Positions 24,586 to 36,764 of a DNA stretch of 64,000 nucleotides are shown in pieces. The position numbers and the translations under genes were made by a program. The stretch lies in assembly GCA_032718475.1 (NCBI GenBank), contig JAUCBJ010008257.1:1-64000 (forward strand), written 5' to 3'. Each line of letters starts with the position of its first letter. The first letter of the stretch is position 1. This stretch comes from Nemertoderma westbladi (taxonomy: Eukaryota > Animalia > Xenacoelomorpha). The notes below the pieces were generated by a model, which was not told the DNA's origin, ran no database searches, and saw nothing but the letters and a program-made list of their open reading frames with translations.

Positions 24586-25396
24586 TATTCAATATTATAA
24601 AATCTATATTTATTTAATATTCGAATTATTTTAGTTAAATTCTCTTTGAGTACCGGTTGGTTAATGAAATAGATATTTTTTAGAAAAATGCATTTATAAT
24701 AAAACTATAAATGTAGGCCTACACGTACAGTACAGTATATTCCTATTGTATGCAGAATATTATTTAAATATTACTTTGAATACGTAATTTATTTTCGGTA
24801 GCATCTATTTTATCTATTATGAAATGTGGAAAGAAATGGTAATTATCAGTTCAGAAAAAGGGGTAGATTACATTGGCAGTGGCACGTCTTTCTAACCTAA
24901 ACGATAATCGAATGGCAATAACGCAGGTTACAGTTTTATTTTTTCTCAAAATCATCCCAACCCCCTCCCTCTTATCTGTTTATGGGAGGCTTAGGTAGTC
25001 TCAACATGACCTACTATTAAGGTATTGTTTTATAATAAATTTCTATCTAGTTAAGAGTGTAGGATCTGAAAGGACCCAATGGTATTGAATAATTGATATT
25101 ATATTTAGAAATTCAGCTCTGCTGTGTATTTCACCCATTGCCATTAATTAGTATTATTGTTCATACACATGCCGAGGCAGGGTACAGATGTAATTAGTAG
25201 GAGTGCATTTTTTTAAGTATTATTGGTTTGGTACCGTGCCTTACTTACTTTATATTACTTAATGGTCTCAAATTCATAAGTAAACTAAATGTTTTCAATT
25301 TTAGGTACATTATCTGTGGATGTCATTATCACCATCTACAGGAGCTATAATGGGTTGATGCGCTTTCAGAATAATAAACTGAACCAAAGCCAATAA

Positions 25397-27778
25397 CAAT
25401 GCCGGATTAATCCTCTGGTGGCCCTAAGGGGGCGTTCATAAAGTATGTCACGCAAATTTTTCCGATTTTTGACCCCACCCCCCCCCCCCCCCCCCTCTTT
25501 CACATTAGACAATTTGTAATACCCCCCCCCCCCCCCCCCCCCGCCATGACAAAAAATATTTTATTGTAATAATACACAATGTTTGTTATGCCAAAATACA
25601 ATATAAATTCAATCACTATATCTACATTTTCCCACGGGCAAGTCAAGTGTTCTTATTCTATATTAATAACAGGTATTACAGTGTTGGAGTCAATGGCTTC
25701 TATGTCCTACTCAATTTATCGATTATACTCAATGTTATTGAGTTTATTGTTTTAAAGTTACCCACTCTTCTAAACATGTGTGAGAGTCAAAGCCAAGCAA
25801 TCATTAAAGCATAGAACATCGCTGTGACCGTCACAAAAGTCGTCACCCCCCTCCCCCCTCTGTCACAAAATGTCACGCAAGCTCTAACCCCCCCCCCCCC
25901 CCCCCAGTCTAGTACGTGACATACTTTATGAACGCCCCCTAAGGCACATTTTAGTAATTTCCAAAAATGGCCCGAAAATTGATATTTTTCCGCAAACCCT
26001 TTCAAAAGAAAAAGCTGCTAAAAACAACTGAAATTGTGAAAATGTTGCGAAGGAAATATAAAGTATTTTCGTTGGATGACTAACTGCGTGCAAATAAGTA
26101 CTAATTACTTTAATAATAAGTAGGCCTACTTTGCAAAAATAGTTTTAATCAAGAATTTTTAACATTACTAAACGGTATATTATGCCTATAAAACCTTTGC
26201 TGTAAAATGTGTAATGGTTATGGTAGAATTTCTCAAGCTTTAATTTTTTAATATACATGTATTAATGGGACCATTACTGCATTACCCAAAATCTGTTTGT
26301 TTTATTTATAAAGCTACTATTCTGATACTTTACACAATGATCTGTGATCTTTTATATACTATGAAAACTGAGTATAGATGGCTTCATAAACTCTTTGTTC
26401 GAAAAATATGGCACTTTTTGAGCAGGTCGGTTTTTTCAAAATTAGTTGCAAAAAAATTGTTACAAAATCGGCTCCAGAAGATCCAAATGGCCATGTTTTA
26501 CAAAACCAACGATAGTAGTCCTAAAGCTGCTGAACAGTTTGGTATATGTTTGATGGCAATTGAGTAAAAAATAAAATAGTAGTAGGGAATTTAGTGATGA
26601 AAAAAGTCAAAATTGACAAACTGATAAAAAGGTTTTTTATACAGAAGAGAGTCATAAATATCAGCAATATATTATGTTGTTGAAAAGAGCTGTTTTGAGG
26701 TAAAAAAAATAATTCAATGTTGAAAATCGATATCACCTTATGAAAGCCCATCTATCAAACTACAAAAAATTGTGCAAATTTTCGAAAATTTCATTTCTGT
26801 GGTGGTTATAGTTGGCCCCCTTAAGGATGACTGGCGTTTAGCAATTTTGATCGGATCGTGGGAATGTGGTATTTATTTGCTGTAGGGTAGGTTTTGCAGG
26901 GTACTTATCTTAACAGGACTTGCTGAGAAATATAAAACACCAAAAGTGTGGGCTTACTGCAAAGATATAATATTTCTGATCTATATTTGGACTTGCTGAG
27001 AAATAAATGTTCTCCGATAGAAAACAGCCTCGGAAATAAGTACTTTTTGTCACTAATTTTAATTTACCAAATTCAATTATGCTGCCCAATTATGCTTTTA
27101 GGTTTTTCAGGAATTGCACCTAAAATGCCATCGAATGCAAAATTCAATACACGAGGGCAGAACATCTGAATTTTGGTTAAATTAAATTAGTGTCAAGAAG
27201 TTATTTCTGACACGTTTTTTTTTTATCAACAACTATTTTATCTACAATTAATTTATCCTTTTTTTATCTATTTGGGCCTATGTATTTATAAAACTCGTTC
27301 CCGGTAAAAAAAAATTAATTTCGCACTACCATATCTCCACGCCATACATTTACTATGTACAGTATTTCCAGTATGTCACCACGTCATTATTTTTGGTTGT
27401 TCCAGAAAGTTTTAAGTAGCATAACTACAAATAATTCCCCACAAATAAATAAAATTAGATTCGCCATTGTTCATAATTAGCACTTTAAAGTTTTACTGCC
27501 CATGTTTTATTATTTCCCTGCCATCAGGGCTCGAACTAATAACACACAGCACCTGTCGGTCGACTGAGCTAGAATTTTGCACTTTCTATCACAAATTTAG
27601 GGATAGAAAGTAGTCGAAAGATGCACTTTCTTGCTCTGTTTTCTATAAATTTTAGTGAGAAAAAATGTGAACTTTTCAGATAAAAATATTTTTTTTCACA
27701 AGAATCACCCACTGAGAAAAAATGGCCCGTATTTTCGGCTGCCCCTAAGGCACGTGCCTTAAGGTTAATCCGGCACTG
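25397..27778. mobile_element. Non-autonomous hAT DNA transposon
   Basis: TIRs CAATGCCGGATTAA / TTAATCCGGCACTG with an exact 8-bp TSD GCCAATAA (25389-25396, 27779-27786). No transposase ORF. Confidence 0.85.
25428..25939. mobile_element. PIF/Harbinger MITE nested in the hAT element
   Basis: 25-bp perfect TIR GGGGGCGTTCATAAAGTATGTCACG with TAA target duplication on both sides. Confidence 0.88.
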
Positions 27779-28337
27779 GCCAATAATAGTGAATAATGAA
27801 CCAATAATAGTCTGAATTCATTGTGTCGTAACCTGTTGTGTCTTCCTTCTAGACACGAAGAAACATTAATTATCCTCCGTCGAAAGAACGAGCCAAATAC
27901 AACTACAGTAACTCATTTTAACATTCAACATTGTAACTTTCAACATCAGTTGAAAAACTTGTAACTCTATAATATAACATAATATAAATGTATATTATTT
28001 CTAAGACAAGTTGGACGGATACAACAACATATAAACTTATGTAGCATCGTCTCAGCTAAGATAGCTATAAAACCGGTAAATAATAATACGTTAATTAAAA
28101 TTCAATGAATATTGCGGGAGGTTGTCAACTGCTCGGGAGTTTGGTAACAGATGGAATATAGTTCACTGGTTCGGGTTATTCATAAAAACGAAGAAGTGGC
28201 TACTGACCTGACACACATTGACCGGACCCTCTAAATATCGTAATATGCCGCTGTGCGTGAAATCGTAGAAAGTCTTATTACCAACCTAAATCATGCTTTC
28301 AAGTTTCTATTAAACTAATTTTACGAAACAAATATAT

Positions 28338-28599
28338 CGTAGTTTAAGTGTGACAAGGTCTAAGTCAAAAAATGCTATTTTTCAGGAGAGCCTAAAAAAG
28401 ATGTGGAGAGATATAGGGCCTTTCTGCAGTAAAATATTATCCGCTGGGATATAGGGCTTCACTTTACCACGCAATAATAATCACTTCCTATTGTTCGAAA
28501 CTTCACCAGGTGATAGAGCAAGTTTTAAAGTGTAGAATTGTATAAAAAAAGTAAAATCTGACAAAAATCGACTTAAGGTCTTATGACACTTAAGCTAGG
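28338..28599. mobile_element. Sola1-like MITE
   Basis: Imperfect TIR CGTAGTTTAAGTGTGACAAG / CTTATGACACTTAAGCTAGG, with ATAT on both flanks. Confidence 0.5.
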
Positions 28600-28624
28600 A
28601 TATTTTCTTCGAAAAAACAATCTA

Positions 28625-29890
28625 AATAATAATAATAATGTTATATTTAACTAAAGCGCACTTTCTCCAGTAATTATAGGTCAAATGCGCATAACAATTA
28701 ATGAGTTAAGGTGTTGTTGAGGGAAAGGCTAATCGGTATAAATGAGTATTTAGCAGCGATTTAAATGAGCTCAGGGTGGCAGCAGTGCGAATATTTGGTG
28801 GAAGTCCGTTAAATATTTTTGGTGCAGCGGCTGAGAACATGCGATCACCAAAAGTTTTGTAATTGGTCCAAAGTATCACTAATGTATGTTCATATTGTTG
28901 ACGGGTTGGTTTTATGTTTATTTGTATTAAATCTGTAAGATATTCCGGTGATTGTGCGTTTAAACATTTCCAAGTTAATAGAGCAAGTTTGTATTTAAAT
29001 CGATATGTAATGGGAAGCCAGTGCAACTTTTGTAGTAATGGTGTCACGTGAGTTCTAGAATATTTGCTGATCCGAAAAACCAAACGTGCACTATTGTTCA
29101 TTATCATTTGAAGTTTGCAGAGAAGACAACCAGGTAATCCAAAATAGTGAGAATTGCAATAGTCCATTCTCGAAAACACCAATGAGGTAATCAATCTGAT
29201 TGTTTGTTGTTCATCCAAATGTTTTCGAATTCTACTAATATTGCGAATATGAAAGTTTGATGCTTTGACGACAGCTATTATCTGTTTCTCCATACTCATA
29301 TTGTTGTCTAGTATGCACCCAAGTGTTTTTAGATAAGGAACTGGTTAGATTGTTTTATTGCCAAAAACCAATTTTGGTTGCTGCTGAGATAAGCAATCTC
29401 CAATGGAAAAGCGATTTGTAATAATCATAAACTCCGTCTTATTGCTATTAAGCTTAAGCATAAGATTTGCCGATGCCATCCATTGTTCTAGACATAAGAC
29501 CTTTGTGGAGATTTCATTAGTAATGCTGCAGATTAAACTGTCTTCAAATATGAAGTATAATTGGGAGTCATCCGCATACAAATGAAAATGTAGACTGAGA
29601 TACGAACATAGCTGAGCCAAGGGAAGGGTGTAGATTAGATAAACCAAAGGTCCAAGAATAGACCCCTGGGGAAGTCCAGTGTCTAGCTTTACAAGCCATG
29701 ATCGCACCCCATTTATTATTACCCAATAGAACCTAGATAGTTTTTAAACCAATTTAAAACTGGTCCTCTTAAACCAATATTATAAAGACATTGTAACATT
29801 ATGTTGTAATCCACAGTATCAAATGCGGCGGATTGATCTAGAATAGTGCAACTAGTTTCATGATATCTAAAGCAGACAATATATCATTAT
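28625..29890 (-). mobile_element. L2/CR1-group LINE, 5'-truncated and frameshifted
   Basis: LDQSAAFDTVD, GLPQGSILGP, YADDSQLY, SRMDYCNS and HVTPLLQKLHWLPI motifs; 3' stem GCGCATT...AGTGCGC and (ATT)n tail. Confidence 0.88.
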
Positions 29891-30139
29891 GTATCCGTGT
29901 AAGCGCCGTTTCAGTGGGATTGAACCCAACGATATCTCGAATTCCAAGTTCAACGCTCTACAAATGAGGAAAAGCGGCATACTGTGTACCAATTTAGCAA
30001 AAGTAAAGTGGAAATCAACAACAACACCAATAACAACACACGAGTGGTCTTACTATGTCTCGCTACGCGGTCCTAAAACGAAAACAATGATGACAAGAAA
30101 GACTGCTGAATAGAGGTACCGGTAGTGCAGGGCGCGCAC

Positions 30140-31670
30140 CACACAAATTCACTGGCAGGGAGAGTACTGGCTCAGCTGTTACACCACACAAATACACTCA
30201 TAGGGAGAGTAGGCCTACTGGCTCAGCTGTTACACCACACAAATAAACTGATAGGGAGAGTACTGGCTCAGCTGTTACACCACACAAATACACTCATAGG
30301 GAGAGTACAGTAGGCCTACTGGCTCAGCTGTTGGACCACACAAATACACTGACAGGGAGAGTATGGAGTATTGGCTCAGCTGTTACACCACACAAATACA
30401 CTGACAGGGGGAGTACTGGCTCAGCTGTTACACCACACAAATAAACTGATAGGGAGAGTACTGGCTCAGCTGTTACACCACACAAATACACTCATAGGGA
30501 GAGTAGGCCTACTGGCTCAGCTGTTACACCACACAAATACACCGACAGGGAGAGTACTGGCGCAGCTGTTACACCACACAAATACACTCATAGGGAGAGT
30601 AGGCCTACTGGTTCAGCTGTTACACCACACAAATGCACTGGCAGGGAGAGTACTGGCTCAGCTGTTACACCACACAAATACACTCATAGAGAGAGTAGGC
30701 CTACTGGCTCAGCTGTTACACCACACAAATACACTGACAGGGAGAGTACTGGGTCAGCTGTTACACCACACAAATGCACTGGCAGGGAGAGTACTGGCTC
30801 AGCTGTTACACCACACAAATACACACTCATAGGGAGAGTAGGCCTACTGGCTCAGCTGTTACACCACACAAATACACTGACAGGGAGAGTACTGGCTCAG
30901 CTGTTACACCACACAAATACACTGACAGGGAGAGTGCTGGCTCAGCTGTTACACCACACGAATACACTGATAGGGAGAGTACTGACTCAGCTGTTACACC
31001 ACACAAATGCACTGGCAGGGAGAGTACTGGCTCAGCTGTTACACCACACAAATACACTCATAGGGAGAGTAGGCCTACTGGCTCAGCTGTTACACCACAC
31101 AAATACACTGACAGGGAGAGTACTGGCTCAGCTGTTACACCACACAAATACACTGACAGGGAGAGTGCTGGCTCAGCTGTTACACCACACGAATACACTG
31201 ATAGGGAGAGTACTGACTCAGCTGTTACACCACACAAATGCACTGGCAGGGAGAGTACTGGCTCAGCTGTTACACCACACAAATACACTCATAGGGAGAG
31301 TAGGCCTACTGGCTCAGCTGTTACACCACACAAATACACTGACAGGGAGAGTACTGGTTCAGCTGTTACACCACACAAATACACTGACAGGGAGAGTACT
31401 GACTCAGCTGTTACACCACACAAATGCACTGGCAGGGAGAGTACTGGCTCAGCTGTTACACCACACAAATACACTCATAGGGAGAGTAGGCCTACTGGCT
31501 CAGCTGTTACACCACACAAATACACTGACAGGGAGAGTACTGGCTCAGCTGTTACACCACACAAATACGCTGACAGGGAGAGTACTGGCTCAGCTGTTAC
31601 ACCACACAAATACACTGACAGGGAGAGTGCTGGCTCAGCTGTTACACCACACAAATACACTGATAGGGAG
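30140..31670. repeat. 45/51-bp tandem satellite, left block
   Basis: Unit GGGAGAGTA(GGCCTA)CTGGCTCAGCTGTTACACCACACAAATACACTGACA with 231- and 186-bp higher-order periods. Confidence 0.97.
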
Positions 31671-31891
31671 TGTGAGGATTACTCACAGGATCAGAAAACA
31701 ATTACTGTAGTTTACTATAGTTCATATATTAATTAATTCTTCTTCATCGTTATGCATACTGTCCTACTACCTCTAACTGCACAGCTGTGTAACATACAAT
31801 TATCTCCTACTGCACAGCTGACTAATCAGTTGTATATTATAATTAATCAATATAATTAATCTGATTAAATTACATATTGGTTACTCTAACA
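31671..31891 (-). repeat. Gypsy 3' LTR
   Basis: Identical to 36544-36764; polypurine tract adjacent at about 31895-31904. Confidence 0.96.
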
Positions 31892-32035
31892 TGACCCCCC
31901 TTCCTAATTGCGGAGCACATTATTAAATAAATATTTACACTAAATGAGATAAACAAGAGTATCATTAAAGGCTCATTAAAGTAAGACTGAACCTAATGAG
32001 ATTGAAAGTGAAATAGACTCAAAAATAACTGATTA

Positions 32036-33967
32036 CTATAATCTAAAAGTTACTGTTTTCTTAATAACATTATTATTGCGATCGTCTAATTTTTGAGGTT
32101 TCACTACAGGCTTTATTCTATCTAGAGACAATGTTTCTTCACCTTTATGAATTTTAATTTTGACTGTTTTCGCTGTTTTACTAATTATTTCGTAAGGTCC
32201 TTTGTATAAAGGATTTAGTGAAGATCGCTTAATAGGATCTCGAACCCACACGTGTGTAGCATTCTCAATCGATTGTGGAATGTATGATTTAGTCAAATGT
32301 TTTCTCTCTGGTGGGTTAAATTTATCAACTTTACGGAATAAATTTTCAACAAAATTGGGCAACGTTTGGTGTAAGGTATTTGATTTAGGTAGAAAATATT
32401 GACCTGGGAGGAGTAATTCAGTTCCGTACATCAATTGGGCCGGAGAAAATCCATGTACTCCTATTGCGGATTGCAAACCTAAAAGCACTAAAGGTAGTTC
32501 TCTAAACCATGTTCTACTGCAAAATTTTGCCCTAAGTGATGCTTTAAGACTCCTATGAAATCGTTCGACAAGGCCATTACAGGAAGGGTGATATGCAGTA
32601 GTACGTGCGCGATCAATTCCTAATTGTGAAATCAGGGCGGAGAATAAAGCTGATTCAAATTGTGAACCACGGTCAGTAACTATTTTGCGGGGAATACCGA
32701 ATCGACTTATCCAAGAATTTAAGAAAGCAGTAGCTACTGTATCTGCAGTTATATTTCTTAAAGGTACTACTTCGGGCCATCTGGTGTATCTATCTACCGC
32801 TGTGAATAAGTATTTATAACCATTGGATGGAGGTAATGGACCTACGATATCTATATGTACGGTGTCTAACCTAGATGAAGTAGGTATTGTGTCTATTGGA
32901 GTTTTAATATGGCGTGTAATTTTACAAGTTTGGCAATGCTGACATTCGTTAGCCCAAACTTTTACCTGCTTTTTAACACCTGGCCATATAAAACGAGCGG
33001 TAACTATATGTGACGATTCTTTGGGACCTGGATGGGATAAATTGTGAATACTGTCAAAAATTTGGCGTCTTAATGTCATCGGAATATATGGTCTTAGATG
33101 GGGCGTAGAGTCATCGTAAACTACCTCTTTGTCGCCAAGAACTTTCACTCTTTTTAAAGGTAAATTAGTTGAGCGGAAAAATGATTGTAAGTCACTATCA
33201 GCTGATTGTGCGTCGGCTAATTCTTCCAAATTATCGAGTGAAATGGCACATATAGGACGAGAAAGGGCGTCAGCCACAATATTATCGGAACCAGAAACAT
33301 GTTCAATCTTACTTGTGAACTCTGAAATGTACGATAACCATCTAGATTGTTGTGGCGAAGGATTTTTCATTGTTAAACTATGCACAAGAGGTTTATGGTC
33401 TGTAAAAATTGTTATTTCTTGGCCAAGTAACCAATCGTGTTGTTTTAATGCTGCATAAATTCCAAGAAGTTCTCGATCAAAAGCTGATTTTTTTGATTCT
33501 GCTGCTGTTAATTTTCTAGAATAGAAAGCTAATGGCTCTGCTCTCCCGTTAACCAACTGATGAATAACTGCACCTAACGCAATGGAAGAAGCATCTGTTG
33601 TTATACTTAGAGGTGCTCCTTTCAAAGGGAAAGACAGAGTTATTGACTTTTCTAAAGCACTTTTTAAATTGCTAAAGGCAAGTTGCGCATCTAAAGTAAG
33701 TTCAAAATTTTCGTTTTTGGACTTATTAATTTTTCTAGTGAGGTCGGTGAGTGGTGCAGCTATCAATGAAAAATTTGGTATGAATCGGTGGTAAAATCCA
33801 CACATTCCTAAAAATCGACGCAATGAAGAAATAGATTTAGGTTGTGGTACTTCTTTTATCGCTTGAATTTTGGATGGATTTGGAGAAACGCCATTTTTAG
33901 ATATCACGTAACCTAAAAATTGCACTTCAGTTTGAAAATATGAACACTTTGATATTTTGGCTGTCAA
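32036..33967 (-). CDS. Gypsy Pol C-terminal part: RT thumb, RNase H, integrase
   Basis: LRRFLGMCGFYHRFIP, TDASSIALGAV, DRELLGI, TDHKPL, ADALSR, HHCC zinc finger, HIDIVGP, VTDRGSQFES, NGLVERFHR and GPY motifs. It is cut off from upstream RT by lesions. Confidence 0.93.
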   Translation of the reverse strand: MTAKISKCSYFQTEVQFLGYVISKNGVSPNPSKIQAIKEVPQPKSISSLRRFLGMCGFYHRFIPNFSLIAAPLTDLTRKINKSKNENFELTLDAQLAFSNLKSALEKSITLSFPLKGAPLSITTDASSIALGAVIHQLVNGRAEPLAFYSRKLTAAESKKSAFDRELLGIYAALKQHDWLLGQEITIFTDHKPLVHSLTMKNPSPQQSRWLSYISEFTSKIEHVSGSDNIVADALSRPICAISLDNLEELADAQSADSDLQSFFRSTNLPLKRVKVLGDKEVVYDDSTPHLRPYIPMTLRRQIFDSIHNLSHPGPKESSHIVTARFIWPGVKKQVKVWANECQHCQTCKITRHIKTPIDTIPTSSRLDTVHIDIVGPLPPSNGYKYLFTAVDRYTRWPEVVPLRNITADTVATAFLNSWISRFGIPRKIVTDRGSQFESALFSALISQLGIDRARTTAYHPSCNGLVERFHRSLKASLRAKFCSRTWFRELPLVLLGLQSAIGVHGFSPAQLMYGTELLLPGQYFLPKSNTLHQTLPNFVENLFRKVDKFNPPERKHLTKSYIPQSIENATHVWVRDPIKRSSLNPLYKGPYEIISKTAKTVKIKIHKGEETLSLDRIKPVVKPQKLDDRNNNVIKKTVTFRL

Positions 33968-34093
33968 ACCTTAACTCTCAAATCGTTTTAGTACTGCCTC
34001 CAGGTCCTTAAAATGTTGTTCGTTCTTCGTTTGCGATTAATATATCGTCAATGTAACCCACAGCAAAAGGTAAACCTGAAAGAGCAGTATCTA

Positions 34094-36484
34094 TTAATCG
34101 TTGAAAGGTTTGGCTTGCGTTTTTGAGACCAAAAGGCATTCTTTTAAAACAAAACATACCAAAAGGTGTAGTAATAGCAGTTTTTTTACGTCATCATCCG
34201 CCATAGGAATTTGGTAAAAAGCTTTTTCGAGATCTATTTTTGTAAAGACGGTGCAGCCCCTAAAGTTATTGCTTATGTCTGCTATGTTTGGCATAGGATA
34301 GCAGTCATAAACAGTTTGCCGATTTAAGCGACGATAATCACCACAATTTCTCCAAGTACCATCAGATTTTGGTACCATGTGCAACGGAGAACACCATGGC
34401 GAATCGCTGCGTTCTGCAATGCTATTTTTAACTAAATTATTAAAATCGGAAGTTGCGGCGGTTAATTTTTCACCAAATAATCTACGCGGTCTAGAAAAAC
34501 ACGGAGGTCCGCTAGTGATTATATGGTGTTCTATATTATGTTTTACTGGTTCGTTTTTACATCTCAGAGAGAAAACAGTATCATACTTATTTAACAATTT
34601 ATTTAACCTTGTTTTGGTATTTGAATTGATTAAGTTAACTCTTGAAATTTCCTTATTAATTTCCTTACTTGAAACAGTTGAAATTGGAAACCAAAAATCA
34701 GACGATTTACTACTAATGTCTACTTTGGGCGGTCCTGCATAACCAAATAGTTCATCACCAATTGTAAAACAATCCAATGTTAAACCTAATATCGCACCAG
34801 TACCAAATATAAAGAAGAAAGGTAAGGCAAATATGGATAACGGTAACTTGCTAACACAATATGCTAAAGGGTAAAAAATAGAGAGAATCATTAAAATCAT
34901 CACTATTAGGTTTAAACGATTATTCCTGCCACCAGTTACTGAAAATATATGTGGGGTTCTGGTTATGTTAGAAGTCGTACTGTAGATAAAGTTGGATTGA
35001 TTCTGGTTGCTGATTTTTGAGGGTTGTTCTTGATTTTTATTGGGTTTATTGTTTTCGTTTTGAATCGACATTTTCATTGGAGTTTTGAAATATATTTGTT
35101 TACTCGCACAATCAATATTGATATTATTGTGTCGGAGAAAATCAATTCCAAGAATGGGTTGTGTTACGTCTGCCACTATGAAATTCCAAGTAAATGTTTC
35201 CTTTCTAAGGGTTGGAATATAAAATTCAAGTATTCCGCTCCCATAATTTCGTATTTCAGAATAATTAGCTGCTTTCAACAGGACATTATTCTGGGATTTA
35301 TTTTTCAGAAGGGATTGGAATTTCTGGGGTAATATAGAATAACCACTGCCAGAATCAATTAGAAATTCTCCTACCGGTAAAGCTTCTACGTGAATATTAC
35401 AAATATCACTACCACCGGTATTATTGTTTTCATTATTACTGTCAGAGTTACCTGGATTTCCACAACGTCGGTTTGTTAGATTGCGCCATGAACAGGGCGG
35501 TCGACACGTGGATGCTTCTCTGCCATAAGTGTAATGGTAGTAACACCAGGCTCCATTTGGGTTGTATTCTCGAGATTGGGAGCGAGAATGTGAGCGCTGA
35601 CGATGAGGTGTTGCTGAACGATAACCAGAGCGTGATGAGTTGTATCGAGAAGGGTAACGATCTCCATCTCGGCGTGTTGAGAGGTCTCTTAGTTGCGTGT
35701 TTATCTGTGAAATTTGATCAGCGAGTGACTTCTGAGATTGGACAAGGATCTTTTGCGACTCCTGGAGCATGTTGATTTCAGTCTGATGATGGATTGGTGC
35801 GGATAAACTAGTTGACGATTGGGAATCCTGTTGCTCAATCATTTTATCAGCAACATCACCCATTTGTTCCAGTGAAAGACCACTCAAAGTTGTTAGAACT
35901 ATACTAACCGAGGATGGTAAGATTTCTAGAAAACGCAAACGGACGATTTGTTCATTTGCTGGTGCTAGGCGCAGCATTTGCCGCAGGGCTGCTGAAGGCT
36001 TTCTGTCACCAAGCTCTTGAGCTGCAAGTAATTTACGCAGGCGTTTGTTGTCGCTGTCAGCCAAATGAGTTATTATATTATCTTTAATCGTCTCGAAAGT
36101 ATCACTGAGGTTGACTCCAGCATCCAATATTGTTTCTGTTGGCAAAGCAGCCAACAAATTGGATCTCATTGCTGCAGCTGGGTGTCCTTCAAGCACGGCT
36201 TCCACTTGTTGGAACCATACTCTAGCGTCTTTCTCATAGAATTCGGGTAGTTTTACCTTTTGTGGATACGAATGTGGTGTTTGCGGATGAGGTACTGATG
36301 GCTGTAGAACCGTTTGACTCTTCTGTATATGCGACAGAAGAATCTTAATTGCGACAGGATTCTCTTTGCTGAGTTCATCGATCATGTCGGCTTTCTTGTC
36401 GGGTAGCGAGTAGTTGGGATCTGAACTGTTCAGTTGCTGGAGGACTTCAGCCAGATCAGCCTTACGGTAAGCAGTGAAAGACAT
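34094..36484 (-). CDS. Gypsy Gag-protease-(hydrophobic insert)-RT N-terminus, ending at a frameshift
   Basis: KLPEFYEKDARVWFQQVE, LGDRKPS, CHCC box, FLIDSGSGYSILP protease, SPWCSPLHMVPK, CGDYRRLN and KIDLEKAFYQIP. The frame is lost at the A-run at about 34181-34187. Confidence 0.92.
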   Translation of the reverse strand: MSFTAYRKADLAEVLQQLNSSDPNYSLPDKKADMIDELSKENPVAIKILLSHIQKSQTVLQPSVPHPQTPHSYPQKVKLPEFYEKDARVWFQQVEAVLEGHPAAAMRSNLLAALPTETILDAGVNLSDTFETIKDNIITHLADSDNKRLRKLLAAQELGDRKPSAALRQMLRLAPANEQIVRLRFLEILPSSVSIVLTTLSGLSLEQMGDVADKMIEQQDSQSSTSLSAPIHHQTEINMLQESQKILVQSQKSLADQISQINTQLRDLSTRRDGDRYPSRYNSSRSGYRSATPHRQRSHSRSQSREYNPNGAWCYYHYTYGREASTCRPPCSWRNLTNRRCGNPGNSDSNNENNNTGGSDICNIHVEALPVGEFLIDSGSGYSILPQKFQSLLKNKSQNNVLLKAANYSEIRNYGSGILEFYIPTLRKETFTWNFIVADVTQPILGIDFLRHNNINIDCASKQIYFKTPMKMSIQNENNKPNKNQEQPSKISNQNQSNFIYSTTSNITRTPHIFSVTGGRNNRLNLIVMILMILSIFYPLAYCVSKLPLSIFALPFFFIFGTGAILGLTLDCFTIGDELFGYAGPPKVDISSKSSDFWFPISTVSSKEINKEISRVNLINSNTKTRLNKLLNKYDTVFSLRCKNEPVKHNIEHHIITSGPPCFSRPRRLFGEKLTAATSDFNNLVKNSIAERSDSPWCSPLHMVPKSDGTWRNCGDYRRLNRQTVYDCYPMPNIADISNNFRGCTVFTKIDLEKAFYQIPMADDDVKKLLLLHLLVCFVLKECLLVSKTQAKPFND

Positions 36485-36543
36485 TGGACAATTGCAACTA
36501 ATTTATTTAAAAAAAAAAGAAAGATCTCGTCTGGGTCACCAAA

Positions 36544-36764
36544 TGTGAGGATTACTCACAGGATCAGAAAACAATTACTGTAGTTTACTATAGTTCATAT
36601 ATTAATTAATTCTTCTTCATCGTTATGCATACTGTCCTACTACCTCTAACTGCACAGCTGTGTAACATACAATTATCTCCTACTGCACAGCTGACTAATC
36701 AGTTGTATATTATAATTAATCAATATAATTAATCTGATTAAATTACATATTGGTTACTCTAACA
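36544..36764 (-). repeat. Gypsy 5' LTR
   Basis: Identical to 31671-31891; followed on the minus strand by TT-TGGTGACCCAGACG (PBS). Confidence 0.96.

Larger units (their letters stand above)
31671..36764 (-). mobile_element. Full-length Ty3/Gypsy LTR retrotransposon, CsRn1/Kabuki clade
   Basis: Identical 221-bp TG...CA LTRs (31671-31891, 36544-36764), 5-bp TSD GGGAG, tRNA-Trp-type PBS TGGTGACCCAGACGAGAT, PPT GGAAGGGGGG, and gag CHCC box CYYHYTYGREASTCRPPC. Confidence 0.96.
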
